Shown in pieces: positions 1 to 11,156 of a DNA stretch of 64,000 nucleotides (position 1 is the first letter of the stretch; each line of letters begins with the position of its first letter). The translations under genes and the position numbers were made by a program. Under the pieces are notes generated by a model. That model did no database searches and had not been told where the DNA came from. It worked only from the letters and a program-made list of their open reading frames with translations. Origin of the DNA: an uncultured Verrucomicrobiae bacterium (GTDB taxonomy: Bacteria > Verrucomicrobiota > Verrucomicrobiia > Chthoniobacterales > Chthoniobacteraceae); NCBI GenBank assembly GCA_963836755.1, contig CAWIKF010000001.1, positions 352,001 through 416,000 on the forward strand, in the 5' to 3' direction.

Positions 1-1
1 G

Positions 2-229
2 GAATTTCAAAAGCCGGTGATGAAGGTTGGCGTCATTGATCGCGCGGTTGTCTCGACCGACCAGATCAAGGCGATCGCTGATTTGCCCGCTCGCGAAGTC
101 CTGCTCGCGCAGTTGCTCGGGACGCTGCAATCGCCGGCGGCGACGCTGGTGCGTTTGCTCAACGAGCCGGCCTCGGCGCTCGCACGTGTGCTCAAGGCGC
201 AATCCGAAAATGGAGAAACGGCTGCGTAA
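2..229 (+). CDS. rplJ: 50S ribosomal protein L10, C-terminal part (5' truncated by window edge)
   Basis: IKAIADLPAREVLLAQLLGTLQSPA..LVRLLN is a typical L10 C-terminus; lies directly upstream of rplL-rpoB. Confidence 0.93.
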   Translation, partial: EFQKPVMKVGVIDRAVVSTDQIKAIADLPAREVLLAQLLGTLQSPAATLVRLLNEPASALARVLKAQSENGETAA

Positions 230-359
230 AAACTTTCGCGGGCGTCGCAGTTGGCGCTCGCGATTTTAACAACAAACAAATGGTTCCTCGTCGGGCGGGC
301 GGCTACCTGTCTCAAATGCGCTGAAGCTTCAGTGCGCGACGATACCGCAGAAAAAACAT

Positions 360-746
360 ATGGCAGATACAAATACGTTAGTAGATCAACTCAGCGGGCT
401 GACCGTTTTGCAAGTCGCGGAACTCGTCAAGGCGCTCGAGGAAAAATGGGGCGTCAGCGCAGCGGCTCCAGTCGCGGCGGCTGCTCCGGCAGCTGGCGGC
501 GGTGGCGCAGCAGCAGCACCGGCGGAAGAAAAAACCGCGTTTGACGTCATTCTCAAGGAGACTGGCGGCAACAAAATTGCGGTGATCAAGGAAGTGCGCG
601 CCGCAGTTTCCGGCCTCGGTTTGGCAGAAGCAAAAGCTCTCGTAGAGAGCGCGCCGAAGTCGATCAAAGAAGGCGTGACCAAGGAAGAAGCCGAAGAGAT
701 CAAGAAAAAGATCGAAGCGGCTGGTGCCAAGGTCGAAATCCAGTAA
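360..746 (+). CDS. rplL: 50S ribosomal protein L7/L12
   Basis: [23 protein letters not shown] hinge, [30 protein letters not shown]. Confidence 0.99.
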   Translation: MADTNTLVDQLSGLTVLQVAELVKALEEKWGVSAAAPVAAAAPAAGGGGAAAAPAEEKTAFDVILKETGGNKIAVIKEVRAAVSGLGLAEAKALVESAPKSIKEGVTKEEAEEIKKKIEAAGAKVEIQ

Positions 747-790
747 TTTTACCGCTCGCGATTGGCGCGGCGGCGGCGAAAAAAAAACGC

Positions 791-819
791 TTGCCGCGCG
801 CCGATTGCCGGCGTAGTCT
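791..819 (+). promoter_or_regulatory. Putative sigma70 promoter for rpoBC
   Basis: TTGCCG(791-796)-17 nt-TAGTCT(814-819). Confidence 0.55.
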
Positions 820-895
820 TTCCATCCCAACTTTTCAGGACGTTGACCCGAAACAACTGACCTTTCGAATTCAAACATCACGAGCGGAATGAAAA

Positions 896-933
896 CCGCG
901 ACCACGCAAGAGGTCGCGGCTTTTGTTCTGTTT
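896..933 (+). terminator. Intrinsic terminator-like hairpin (attenuator candidate) in rpoB leader
   Basis: CCGCGACC-acgcaaga-GGTCGCGG stem followed by cTTTTGTTCTGTTT. Confidence 0.7.
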
Positions 934-1032
934 GCATTGTCCGCTGTCGGAAAATTCTTAAACGAATAATTTTTGCTTCGCCACGCGCTTGCCAGCGACG
1001 TGATGGAGCCAACCACAAAACTGCGCAAAAAT

Positions 1033-4000
1033 ATGTCTCAGCGAATTAATTTCGGCAAAATCAAGGAAGCGGCCGAGCCACCAAACCTCATTGAAGTCCA
1101 GCTCAATTCCTACGTGGAATTTCTGCAAAAGGATGTGCCGCCGAGCAAACGCAAAGACACGGGACTGCAGGCGGTTTTCCGCGAGGTGTTCCCGATCACG
1201 AGCTACGACGAAAAAGTGACGCTCGATTTCGTGAGCTACGACATCGGCGAACCCAAAGTCAGCGCGATCGAGTCTCAAAAAGAGAGCCAGACGTTCAGCG
1301 CACCGCTGCACGTAACTTTTCAACTCAAGGAAGAGCGCGGGACGAAAGAGGAAAAAGTTTACATGGGCGAAATCCCGCTCATGACGCCGCAGGGGACGTT
1401 TGTCATCAATGGCGCGGAACGCGTTGTCGTCAGCCAGCTGCATCGCTCGCCTGGCATTTGTTTCGAGTCGAGCATCCATCTCAATGGCAAGGTGCTTTAC
1501 AGTTTCCGCATCATTCCCGACCGCGGTTCGTGGCTCGAGGTTCAATTCGACACGAACGATTTGCTTTACATTTATCTCGACCGCCGCAAGCGCCGCCGGA
1601 AATTTCTCGCGACGACATTTCTGCGCGCGCTTGGCTACGGCTCGGACGAGGAAATCATCAAGCTGTTTTACAACATCGAGGACCTCAAACTCAGCGATAA
1701 GCTCGAGGAAGAAGAGATTGCGACCAAGGTGCTCATCGCCGATGTGCGCGATGGCGAAATCACGGTTGCGCGCGCCTTTGAGCCGCTGACGAAAGCGACT
1801 GTCAGGCAGGTGCTTACGCTCGGCGTCGACAGCGTTAAAGTCGTCGATACGAAAGAAGATGACACCGTCATCAAGTCGTTGAAAAAAGATCCGGCGCATG
1901 ATGAAGAAGAGGCGCTGAAAGATATTTACCGCCGTCTGCGTCCTGGCGATCCGCCAACGGTCGCGAACGCTCGCGGCTTGCTGAAGCGGCTGTTTTTTGA
2001 TCCGAAGAAATACGATCTCGGACGCGTCGGCCGTTACAAAATTAATCAAAAGCTTAGCACCAACGTTGACCTCGGTGAGCGCGTGATGACGAACGCGGAT
2101 TTCATCGCTGCGATGAAATATCTGATCGGGCTGCTGCGCGGCGAGGGGACGCTCGACGATATCGATCATCTCGGCTCGCGTCGCGTCCGGACGGTCGGCG
2201 AGTTGCTCGCGAACCAGTGCCGCGTCGGTCTCGCGCGGACGGAACGCCTTGTTAAAGAACGTATGACTTTGTTTGACGTCAACATCGAGGGGATGACGCC
2301 GCAAAAACTCATTAACCCGAAAGCACTCAGCGCGGTCATTCGCGACTTTTTCGGACGCTCGCAGCTCTCGCAGTTCATGGATCAAACCAATCCGCTGGCG
2401 GAATTGACGCACAAGCGGCGTCTCTCAGCGCTCGGGCCAGGCGGACTTTCGCGCGATCGCGCGGGCTTTGAAGTCCGTGACGTCCATCCGTCGCACTACG
2501 GCCGAATTTGTCCGATCGAGACGCCGGAAGGTCCGAACATCGGCCTCATCAGCTCGATGTCGACCTATGCGCGCATCAACGATTTTGGTTTCATCGAGAC
2601 ACCGTATCGCAAAGTCGAAAAAGGTCGCGTGACGGAGCAGATCGATTATTTGACCGGCGATCGCGAAGAGGCATTTCTGGTGGCGCAGGCAAATTCCCCG
2701 ATCGACAGCCACGGAAAATTCACGAGCGAAAAAGTTTCTGTCCGCTATCGCGGCGATTTTTTGGAAGTCGAGCCGGACAAAGTTCATTATATGGACATCT
2801 CGCCGAAACAGCTCGTCTCAGTCGCGGCTGGGCTGATCCCATTTCTCGAGCACGACGATGCGAACCGCGCGCTGATGGGCTCGAACATGCAGCGCCAGGG
2901 CGTGCCGCTTTTAAAAAGTGATGCACCGCTTGTCGGCACCGGCATGGAAGGCAAAGTCGCGCGCGATTCGAAGGCCGTGATCGTCGCGGAAGCGAACGGC
3001 AAAGTCGCAAGCGTTACCGCGGATCAGATCATCATCACGAAGGACGGGCATCTGCCGGAAGGCCGGAAAAAACTTAAACACGATCCCGAGGAGCACATTT
3101 ACGTTTACGAGCTGCGCAAATTCATGCGCTCGAATGCGGCGACTTGCGTCAACCAAAAGGTGATCGTGAAAAAAGGTCAGACCGTGCACAAAGGCGACGT
3201 CATCGCCGACGGCCCGAACACGGAAAACGGCGAGCTCGCACTCGGCCGCAATGTGCTCGTCGCGTTCATGCCGTGGAACGGCTACAACTTTGAGGACGCG
3301 ATCATGATTTCGGAAAAAGTCGTGAAGGAGGATATCTACACGTCCATCCACATCGACGAGTTCGAGATCGGCGCGCGAGACACGAAGCTCGGACCGGAAG
3401 AAATCACGCGCGACATTCCGAATGTCAGCGAAGAAGCGCTGCGCAATCTTGGCCCCGACGGCGTCATCCGCGTCGGCGCGGAAGTAAAGCCGGGCGATAT
3501 TTTGGTCGGCAAAATCACGCCGAAATCCGAGACGGAACTTGCGCCCGAAGAGCGCTTGCTGCGCGCGATTTTCGGCGAAAAAGCGGCCGACGTGAAAGAC
3601 ACGTCGCTGACCGTGCCATCCGGCACTTACGGCATCGTGATGGATGTGAAAGTTTCTTCGCGCAAAGAAATCACGCGCCAGAAACTTTCGCCGGCGGAAT
3701 CAAAACGCCAGGCGAAACAAATCCAAGACGAATACCAAAAGAAAAAAGACGAGCTGCACGAACAGCTCACCGAAGCACTCAGTAATATTTTGCTCGGCGA
3801 AAAAATTCCGCTCGACGTGGTCAACGCGCAAACGGGCGAAATCATCATTCCGGCAAACCGCAAAATCACGAAGACGCTGCTGCGCAAACTCGCGGGATTT
3901 TACGATCACGTGGACATCGATCCTTCGCCGATCCGCAATAAAATTCGCGAGATCATCGGCCACTTTGAACACAAGTTCGCCGAGCTCGAACTCGAGCACG

Positions 4001-4827
4001 AGCGCTCGATGGACAAAGTCGAAAGCGGAGACGACATCGATCCCGGCATCATCAAGCAGGTCAAAGTTTTCGTCGCGAGCAAACGCAAGCTCAGCGTCGG
4101 CGACAAGATGGCGGGACGCCACGGCAACAAAGGTGTCGTTGCGCGGATCGTGCCGGAGGAAGACATGCCATTTTTGGCTGACGGAACGCCGGTCGAAATC
4201 TGCCTCAACCCGCTCGGCGTGCCGAGCCGCATGAACGTCGGCCAAGTGCTCGAAACGCATCTCGGCGTGGCAGCAAAGGCGCTCGGATTCACGGTGGCGA
4301 CGCCGGTCTTTGACGGCATCCAGGAATCGCAGATTCGGGATTATTTGAAGGAAGCGAAAAAAGTCGAAGGCTTCACGTGGATCAACGAAAACGGCAAAGC
4401 GACCGTTTACGACGGCCGCACCGGTGACCAGTTCGATCAACAGGTTGTTGTCGGTTATATCTACATGCTGAAGCTCGGGCATTTGGTCGCCGACAAAATC
4501 CATGCGCGCGCGGTCGGGCCTTACTCGCTCGTCACGCAGCAGCCGCTCGGTGGCAAGGCGCAATACGGCGGCCAGCGTTTCGGCGAGATGGAAGTCTGGG
4601 CGCTCGAAGCTTACGGCGCGGCCTACACGCTGCAGGAATTGCTCACCGTGAAGTCCGACGACGTGCAGGGCCGCACGCGCATTTACGAGTCCATCGTCAA
4701 AGGCGACAACTCGCTCGAAGCGGGAACGCCGGAGTCATTCAATGTTTTGATCAAGGAAATGAAGAGCCTCGGCCTCGACGTCAAAGTCGGTGGAAAAGCA
4801 CCCGTCCTCGATGGCGGCGTGATGTAA
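1033..4827 (+). CDS. rpoB: DNA-directed RNA polymerase beta subunit
   Basis: [57 protein letters not shown]; start placed at [10 protein letters not shown]. Confidence 0.99.
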   Translation: MSQRINFGKIKEAAEPPNLIEVQLNSYVEFLQKDVPPSKRKDTGLQAVFREVFPITSYDEKVTLDFVSYDIGEPKVSAIESQKESQTFSAPLHVTFQLKEERGTKEEKVYMGEIPLMTPQGTFVINGAERVVVSQLHRSPGICFESSIHLNGKVLYSFRIIPDRGSWLEVQFDTNDLLYIYLDRRKRRRKFLATTFLRALGYGSDEEIIKLFYNIEDLKLSDKLEEEEIATKVLIADVRDGEITVARAFEPLTKATVRQVLTLGVDSVKVVDTKEDDTVIKSLKKDPAHDEEEALKDIYRRLRPGDPPTVANARGLLKRLFFDPKKYDLGRVGRYKINQKLSTNVDLGERVMTNADFIAAMKYLIGLLRGEGTLDDIDHLGSRRVRTVGELLANQCRVGLARTERLVKERMTLFDVNIEGMTPQKLINPKALSAVIRDFFGRSQLSQFMDQTNPLAELTHKRRLSALGPGGLSRDRAGFEVRDVHPSHYGRICPIETPEGPNIGLISSMSTYARINDFGFIETPYRKVEKGRVTEQIDYLTGDREEAFLVAQANSPIDSHGKFTSEKVSVRYRGDFLEVEPDKVHYMDISPKQLVSVAAGLIPFLEHDDANRALMGSNMQRQGVPLLKSDAPLVGTGMEGKVARDSKAVIVAEANGKVASVTADQIIITKDGHLPEGRKKLKHDPEEHIYVYELRKFMRSNAATCVNQKVIVKKGQTVHKGDVIADGPNTENGELALGRNVLVAFMPWNGYNFEDAIMISEKVVKEDIYTSIHIDEFEIGARDTKLGPEEITRDIPNVSEEALRNLGPDGVIRVGAEVKPGDILVGKITPKSETELAPEERLLRAIFGEKAADVKDTSLTVPSGTYGIVMDVKVSSRKEITRQKLSPAESKRQAKQIQDEYQKKKDELHEQLTEALSNILLGEKIPLDVVNAQTGEIIIPANRKITKTLLRKLAGFYDHVDIDPSPIRNKIREIIGHFEHKFAELELEHERSMDKVESGDDIDPGIIKQVKVFVASKRKLSVGDKMAGRHGNKGVVARIVPEEDMPFLADGTPVEICLNPLGVPSRMNVGQVLETHLGVAAKALGFTVATPVFDGIQESQIRDYLKEAKKVEGFTWINENGKATVYDGRTGDQFDQQVVVGYIYMLKLGHLVADKIHARAVGPYSLVTQQPLGGKAQYGGQRFGEMEVWALEAYGAAYTLQELLTVKSDDVQGRTRIYESIVKGDNSLEAGTPESFNVLIKEMKSLGLDVKVGGKAPVLDGGVM

Positions 4828-4890
4828 GCCTGAGGAAAATCTTCCCGCAAAAACAACGTCTAACAGTTAGTTCAGAAACCAGATTCATAT

Positions 4891-7800
4891 ATGTCGGAAC
4901 TCAATATTCGCGAAATTTTTGGCGAGGAACGCGGCGTCGGCTTTGACCAGGTGGGCATCACTGTCGCGTCGCCGGACAGCATTCGCTCGTGGTCCAAAGG
5001 CGAGGTCAAGAACCCTGAAACGATCAATTACCGCACGTTCAAGCCCGAAAAAGGCGGCTTGTTTTGCGAGCGTATTTTCGGGCCGACGCGGGATTGGGAA
5101 TGCTCGTGCGGCAAATACAAACGCATCAAGCACAAGGGCGTGATCTGCGATCGCTGCGGCGTCGAAGTCACGCTCTCGCGCGTGCGCCGCGAGCGGATGG
5201 GCCACATCGAGCTCGCCGTCCCGGTATCGCACATTTGGTTTTACAAATGCATGCCGTCGCGCATCGGCCTCATGCTGGATATGACGAGCCGCCAGCTCGA
5301 GCGCGTCATTTATTACGAGGATTACATCGTGATCGATCCGGGCCAGACGCCGCTGCAGCGCTGCCAGCTTTTGACCGAAACGGAATACCGCGAGGCGGTC
5401 GATCAATACGGCGAAGCTTTCACTGCAGGCATGGGCGCGGAAGGCATCAAAACTTTGCTAGCACAAACTGAACTCGCAAAGCTCAACAAAGAACTCGAGG
5501 AGCAAATGGGCACGACTCGCTCAAAGCAGATTCGCAAGAAATTGGCGAAGCGGCTGAAGCTCGTCGGCGGATTTGCCAGCTCTCACACGCGGCCGGAATG
5601 GATGATCCTGGAAGTGCTGCCGGTCATCCCACCCGACCTGCGTCCGCTCGTGCCGCTCGAAGGCGGAAGATTCGCGACATCGGATTTGAACGACCTTTAT
5701 CGCCGCGTCATCAACCGCAACAATCGTTTAAAAAACCTGCTACAACTGAAAACTCCCGATGTCATCATCCGGAATGAAAAACGGATGCTGCAGGAAGCGG
5801 TCGATGCGCTTTTCGACAATGGCCGTCACGGCCGCGCGGTCACGGGCGCCGGCAATCGTCCACTGAAATCGCTGAGCGACATGCTCAAGGGCAAGGGCGG
5901 ACGTTTTCGTCAAAATTTGCTCGGCAAGCGTGTCGATTATTCGGGCCGCTCGGTCATCGTCATCGGGCCGGAACTCAAATTGAACCAATGCGGATTGCCG
6001 AAAAAAATGGCGCTCGTGTTGTTCGAGCCGTTCATCATTCGCGTGCTCAAGGAACGCGGTTACGTCCACACTGTCCGCAGCGCGAAGAAGATGATCGAGC
6101 GCCAGACGCCTGAGGTTTGGGACATCTTGGAGGAGGTTACGAAAGGCCATCCGGTGCTGCTGAACCGCGCGCCGACGTTGCATCGGTTGTCGATCCAGGC
6201 GTTTGAGCCGCAGCTCATCGAGGGCGAGGCGATTCGTATCCATCCACTGGTCTGCACGGCGTATAACGCGGACTTTGACGGCGACCAGATGGCTGTGCAC
6301 GTGCCGCTTTCGGTCGAGGCACAAATGGAAGCGCGGATGCTCATGCTGGCGCCGAACAACATTTTCTCGCCGTCGAGCGGGAAGCCGATCACCACGCCGT
6401 CGCAGGACATCGTGCTCGGTTGCTATTATTTGACGCAAAATCCTCGCAAGGGAATCGGCGCAGGCCAAAAGGAGGGCGAGCGTTTGTCGCTGTTTGAAAA
6501 TGCGGTCGAGGTCGAGTTTGCGCTGTCGGAAGGCAATGTGAGAATTCACGACCGGATTCGTTTTAAAAATCCAGACTTCGGCAAAAAAACAGTTTACGGC
6601 AATACCGAAATCAAAGTCATGGAGACCACGGCTGGGCGCGTGATTTTCAATCAAATCTGGCCGAAGTCGCTCGGCTTTTTCAACAAAGCCTGCGGCAAAA
6701 AACAAATCTCCGACGTCATCTGGCGCTGCTATCAGGCGGCCGGCCAGGCGGGCACGGTCGAGACGCTCGACAAGCTCAAGGAGCTCGGTTTCACGTGGGC
6801 GACGAAGGCCGGCATTTCGATCGGCATCGCGGACATGATCATTCCGAAGGAGAAGCAGACCGAGCTCGATCACGCGTATCGCCAGATCGGCGACGTGGAC
6901 AAGCAATACAAGCGCGGCATCATCACCGACGGCGAGCGTTACAACAAAATCATCGACATCTGGACACACGCGGGTGAGGAAATCTCAAACGTCATGTTCC
7001 GCACCCTCGAGCACAACGAGGGGCGCAAGGAGTTAAACCCTGTATTCTTAATGGTGGACTCTGGCGCGCGCGGCAATCGCCAGCAGGTCAAGCAGCTAGC
7101 CGGCATGCGCGGTTTGATGGCGAAGCCGAGCGGCGAAATCATCGAGCGCCCGATCACGTCAAACTTCCGCGAAGGGCTGACCGTGCTCGAGTATTTCATC
7201 TCCACGCACGGCGCGCGCAAAGGTCTCGCCGACACCGCGCTTAAGACGGCAGACTCCGGTTATCTCACGCGCAAATTGGTGGATGCAGCGCAGGACGTCA
7301 TCATCAACGAAGACGATTGCAAAACGAGCAACGGCATTTTGGTGCGTGCGATTTATGAAGGCGACGAGGAAGTCGTCGATCTGCCGACTCGCATCGTTGG
7401 CCGCGTGAGTTGTGAAACGGTGAAAGATCCGGTCACGCAAAAAGCGATCATCAAGCGCGATCATCTCATCGATGAAGTAACGGCTGCCGCGATTGAAAAA
7501 ATCGGCCACGAGCAGCTCAAGATTCGCTCGGTGCTCACCTGCGAATCGGGCCGCGGCGTTTGCGCCAAGTGCTACGGACGCAATCTCGCCACCGGCCAGA
7601 TGGTCAAGCTCGGCGAAGCGGTCGGCATCATCGCCGCGCAATCGATCGGTGAGCCCGGCACGCAGCTCACCATGCGCACGTTCCACATCGGCGGCACGGC
7701 ATCGCAAACATTTAAACAACCGATCATCAAAGCGAAAAGCGATGGCGACATCCGCTTCAACGATTTGCGCACCGTGCAAGCTCTCGACGGCACTTGGATC

Positions 7801-9015
7801 GTGCTCAACAAAAACGGCTCCGTCACCGTCCACGGCAAGGATGGCCGCGAAGTCGAGCGCTACAACATCGTCATCGGTTCCGTCATTTCGATCGCGGACG
7901 GCGGCCGCGTGAAAAAAGGCGAAGCGTTCGTCCAGTGGGATCCATACAACGTCCCGATCTTGACCGAGAAAGCCGGCAAGATTGAGTTCCGCGACATGAT
8001 CGCGGGCGTCACGATCAAAAAGGAAGTCGATGAAGCGACGGGCGTCATGGGCACTGTCGTCATCGAACACAAAGAAGATTTGCATCCGCAGATCGTCGTC
8101 GTGGATGAAAAATCGCACGAGATTCTTGCGAGCTACTCGATTCCGGCCGGCGCGCACGTGAGCGTGCAGGAAGGAAAGAAGATCGCCGCTGGTGCATTGC
8201 TGGCGAAGACGCCGCGCAAAATCGCGAAGACCAAAGACATCACCGGCGGACTTCCGCGCGTGGCGGAATTGTTCGAAGCGCGCCGTCCGAAAGACGCAGC
8301 CGAGATCGCGAAGATTGATGGCGTTGTCGAAATCGGCGGCACAGTCCGCGGCAAGCGGCGCGTGATTTTGAAAGACGAAGCGACCGGCGCGGAAGAAGAG
8401 CACCTTGTTCCGCTGAACAAACACATCATCGTCTTCAAGGGCGATTTTGTGAAAAAAGGTTCGCAGCTCACCGACGGCTCTGTCGTCCCGCACGAGATCC
8501 TCGATGTCTGCGGCCCGCAGGAATTGCAGGAACACATGGTTAACGAAGTGCAGGAAGTTTACCGCCTGCAAGGCGTCGAAATTAACGACAAACACATCGA
8601 AATCATTGTGCGGCAAATGTTGCGCAAAGTGAAAATCACTGAACCCGGCGATACTGCGCTGCTTTGGGGCGATCAACTCGACCGACTCGAATTCGAGGCG
8701 GAAAATGCCCGCGTCATTGAGAAAGGCGGCAAGCCCGCGGAAGCTTCGCCGGTGCTGCTTGGCATCACAAAAGCTTCGCTGGAGACCGATTCGTTCATCA
8801 GTGCGGCTTCGTTCCAGGACACGACGCGCGTGCTGACCGAAGCGGCAACGCTTGGCCGCGTCGATCATCTGCGCGGCTTCAAGGAAAACGTCATCATGGG
8901 CCACCTCATCCCGGCGGGCACGGGCTTCCACACACATCGGGGAGTCAATGTTGTCCAGCTTGGCGAAGCGATTGGCGCGCCAGTCACAGAAACGCTGGAG
9001 CCCGCGCTAGGCTAA
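4891..9015 (+). CDS. rpoC: DNA-directed RNA polymerase beta' subunit
   Basis: Catalytic NADFDGD motif, N-terminal Zn finger, [13 protein letters not shown]. Confidence 0.99.
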   Translation: MSELNIREIFGEERGVGFDQVGITVASPDSIRSWSKGEVKNPETINYRTFKPEKGGLFCERIFGPTRDWECSCGKYKRIKHKGVICDRCGVEVTLSRVRRERMGHIELAVPVSHIWFYKCMPSRIGLMLDMTSRQLERVIYYEDYIVIDPGQTPLQRCQLLTETEYREAVDQYGEAFTAGMGAEGIKTLLAQTELAKLNKELEEQMGTTRSKQIRKKLAKRLKLVGGFASSHTRPEWMILEVLPVIPPDLRPLVPLEGGRFATSDLNDLYRRVINRNNRLKNLLQLKTPDVIIRNEKRMLQEAVDALFDNGRHGRAVTGAGNRPLKSLSDMLKGKGGRFRQNLLGKRVDYSGRSVIVIGPELKLNQCGLPKKMALVLFEPFIIRVLKERGYVHTVRSAKKMIERQTPEVWDILEEVTKGHPVLLNRAPTLHRLSIQAFEPQLIEGEAIRIHPLVCTAYNADFDGDQMAVHVPLSVEAQMEARMLMLAPNNIFSPSSGKPITTPSQDIVLGCYYLTQNPRKGIGAGQKEGERLSLFENAVEVEFALSEGNVRIHDRIRFKNPDFGKKTVYGNTEIKVMETTAGRVIFNQIWPKSLGFFNKACGKKQISDVIWRCYQAAGQAGTVETLDKLKELGFTWATKAGISIGIADMIIPKEKQTELDHAYRQIGDVDKQYKRGIITDGERYNKIIDIWTHAGEEISNVMFRTLEHNEGRKELNPVFLMVDSGARGNRQQVKQLAGMRGLMAKPSGEIIERPITSNFREGLTVLEYFISTHGARKGLADTALKTADSGYLTRKLVDAAQDVIINEDDCKTSNGILVRAIYEGDEEVVDLPTRIVGRVSCETVKDPVTQKAIIKRDHLIDEVTAAAIEKIGHEQLKIRSVLTCESGRGVCAKCYGRNLATGQMVKLGEAVGIIAAQSIGEPGTQLTMRTFHIGGTASQTFKQPIIKAKSDGDIRFNDLRTVQALDGTWIVLNKNGSVTVHGKDGREVERYNIVIGSVISIADGGRVKKGEAFVQWDPYNVPILTEKAGKIEFRDMIAGVTIKKEVDEATGVMGTVVIEHKEDLHPQIVVVDEKSHEILASYSIPAGAHVSVQEGKKIAAGALLAKTPRKIAKTKDITGGLPRVAELFEARRPKDAAEIAKIDGVVEIGGTVRGKRRVILKDEATGAEEEHLVPLNKHIIVFKGDFVKKGSQLTDGSVVPHEILDVCGPQELQEHMVNEVQEVYRLQGVEINDKHIEIIVRQMLRKVKITEPGDTALLWGDQLDRLEFEAENARVIEKGGKPAEASPVLLGITKASLETDSFISAASFQDTTRVLTEAATLGRVDHLRGFKENVIMGHLIPAGTGFHTHRGVNVVQLGEAIGAPVTETLEPALG

Positions 9016-9038
9016 TTTATTCGCAAAGCGAAATTCAC

Positions 9039-9077
9039 GGGCGCAGCTGAAATCTTTTAGCTGCGCCCTTCGCTTTC
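9039..9077 (+). terminator. Terminator hairpin after rpoC
   Basis: GGGCGCAGCT...AGCTGCGCCC followed by ttcgcttt. Confidence 0.65.
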
Positions 9078-9104
9078 CAAATAAAACACGCGAACTTTTT
9101 TGGC

Positions 9105-9638
9105 ATGTCCATCGCGACCAAAACCGGGGACGATGGCACAACGGCGCTCATGTTTGGACGTCGCGTGCCGAAAACCAATCCGCAGGTCGAGGCCTACGGC
9201 ACAGTCGATGAACTGAACGCGGCGCTGGGGAATGTGCGCGCGCAATGCCGCGAAAGTTTCATCACGGACGAGATATTCGCGATTCAAAAGGAGCTGGTGA
9301 TTCTCATGGGCGAGTTGTCCGTCGAAAGTCAGGACCGCGCCCGCTATGCCGAAAAAGGTTTCAAGTTTGTGACCAGCGAAATGGTCGATCGGCTCACCGC
9401 GCTTATCGATGACCTCGAGCAAAATCACCAGATCAATTTCCAAAAATGGGCAACGCCGGGACACGACGCCGCCAGCGCGGCGCTCGATGTCGCGCGCACC
9501 GTTTGCCGTCGCGCCGAGCGGCGTGTCGTAGAACTCGAGCGCCGCGATTTGCACGCCGATGTGATCCGTTATCTCAACCGGCTTTCGGACCTTTGCTGGC
9601 TCTACGCGCGATGGATCGAAACAGCTGCAGAGAAATGA
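9105..9638 (+). CDS. ATP:cob(I)alamin adenosyltransferase (PduO type)
   Basis: IATKTGDDGTTAL, EAYGTVDELNA, ARTVCRRAERR, YLNRLSD. Confidence 0.95.
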   Translation: MSIATKTGDDGTTALMFGRRVPKTNPQVEAYGTVDELNAALGNVRAQCRESFITDEIFAIQKELVILMGELSVESQDRARYAEKGFKFVTSEMVDRLTALIDDLEQNHQINFQKWATPGHDAASAALDVARTVCRRAERRVVELERRDLHADVIRYLNRLSDLCWLYARWIETAAEK

Positions 9639-9713
9639 CGGCAAAAAGATCGCTTGCCATTTTCCAGATTCGCGTCAAAGTTTCCGGCTCTTTTCCTGAC
9701 AAACAAACTTGCT

Positions 9714-10442
9714 ATGCCATCCACTGAATTGATGACGGAACTTCTCGAGGCCGGAGTGCACTTTGGCCACCAAACCAAGCGCTGGAATCCAAAGATGAAG
9801 CCGCACATTTTCGAAAAGCGCAACGGCATTTACATCATCAATCTCGGCGAAACCGTGCGCCAGCTCGAGGAAGCGACGCAATTTCTTTCAGACACAGCGC
9901 GCCGCGGTGGCCGCATCCTGTTTGTCGGCTGCAAAAAACAGGCGCAGGAGGCGATCAAGGAAGCCGCTGTGGCATGTGGGCAGTTTTACGTGAACCAGCG
10001 CTGGCTCGGCGGAACGCTGACCAATCTGACGACTATTCGCAAAAGCATCGGCCGCTTGAAATACATCGAGACGCTCGAGAGCGCGCCGGAGTTTTCCAAG
10101 ATGGGCAAACAGGAAATCGCTGCGGTCAAACGCGAGGGCGAAAAGCTGCTACGCAATCTCGAGGGCATTCGCGACATGGAAAAATTGCCGGACGCATTGA
10201 TCGTGATCGACACCGTGCGTGAGGAAATCGCCGTCTCGGAAGCAAAGCGTCTCGGCATTCCGACCATCGCCATCGTCGATACGAATGCAGATCCGGATTT
10301 GATCAACTATCCGATCGCTGGCAACGACGACGCGATCCGCGCGATTCGCATCGTGCTGCAAAAGCTGGTGGACGCGATCGTCACCGCGAGCGGTGAGGCG
10401 GGCCGCCGTCAGGAAGCAGAACTGGCCGGCGTCGGCGAATAA
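9714..10442 (+). CDS. rpsB: 30S ribosomal protein S2
   Basis: [34 protein letters not shown]; upstream of tsf. Confidence 0.99.
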   Translation: MPSTELMTELLEAGVHFGHQTKRWNPKMKPHIFEKRNGIYIINLGETVRQLEEATQFLSDTARRGGRILFVGCKKQAQEAIKEAAVACGQFYVNQRWLGGTLTNLTTIRKSIGRLKYIETLESAPEFSKMGKQEIAAVKREGEKLLRNLEGIRDMEKLPDALIVIDTVREEIAVSEAKRLGIPTIAIVDTNADPDLINYPIAGNDDAIRAIRIVLQKLVDAIVTASGEAGRRQEAELAGVGE

Positions 10443-10515
10443 GTTTCTCGGCGACTCTCAGCCGGAGACCTTCTTCCAAATCCGGGCCGAGTCCTTGGGC
10501 CAAAGCTTTTACTTT

Positions 10516-11136
10516 ATGAGCGAAATCAATCCACAACTCGTTAAACAACTGCGGGAAAAAACCAATGCCGGAATGATGGACTGCAAGCGCGCCCTGGCCG
10601 AGGCCGACGGCGACATGGAAAAAGCTCAATCCATCTTGCGCACCAAAGGAATTGCCAGCGCTGGCAAAAAAGCTTCGCGCGCGACGAAGGAGGGCACCGT
10701 CGCCTCCTACATTCATCTCCAGGGAAAAGTTGGCGTGCTCGTCGAGGTGAATTGCGAAACCGACTTTGTCGCCAAGAATGATATTTTTCGCGAGTTCGTC
10801 AAAGACATCACGCTGCACATTGCGGCGGCGCATCCGCTTTGTGTTTCGCGCGAGCAGGTTCCCGAAAAAACCTTGGCGACTGAGCGCGAGATTTATCGCG
10901 GACAGGTGAAGGGGAAGCCCGAAAATATCGTGGAAAAAATCGTCGAAGGAAAAGTGGACAAATTTTACAGCACGATTTGTCTGCTCGACCAAGCGTTCAT
11001 CAAAAATCCGGATCAGACGATCCAGGACTTGGTGAACGCAAAAATTGCCGAGCTCGGCGAGAATATCGTCATCCGCCGTTTCACGCGCTACATGGTCGGC
11101 GAAGACTTGGGTGAATCTGCGTCCGCGGAAGCTTGA
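10516..11136 (+). CDS. tsf: Elongation factor Ts (short form)
   Basis: VKQLREKTNAGMMDCKRAL, EVNCETDFVA. Confidence 0.98.
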   Translation: MSEINPQLVKQLREKTNAGMMDCKRALAEADGDMEKAQSILRTKGIASAGKKASRATKEGTVASYIHLQGKVGVLVEVNCETDFVAKNDIFREFVKDITLHIAAAHPLCVSREQVPEKTLATEREIYRGQVKGKPENIVEKIVEGKVDKFYSTICLLDQAFIKNPDQTIQDLVNAKIAELGENIVIRRFTRYMVGEDLGESASAEA

Positions 11137-11156
11137 TCAGGCCGCGTCGGGGAAAA

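Noticed and set aside
958..8937. Long antisense ORFs opposite rpoB and rpoC (e.g. 958-2412, 5740-6969, 7159-8937)
   Set aside because: Shadow frames caused by GC-rich codon bias; no recognisable motifs
9016..9104. Cobalamin riboswitch upstream of the adenosyltransferase
   Set aside because: Spacer is under 90 nt and is occupied by the rpoC terminator; no B12-box seen
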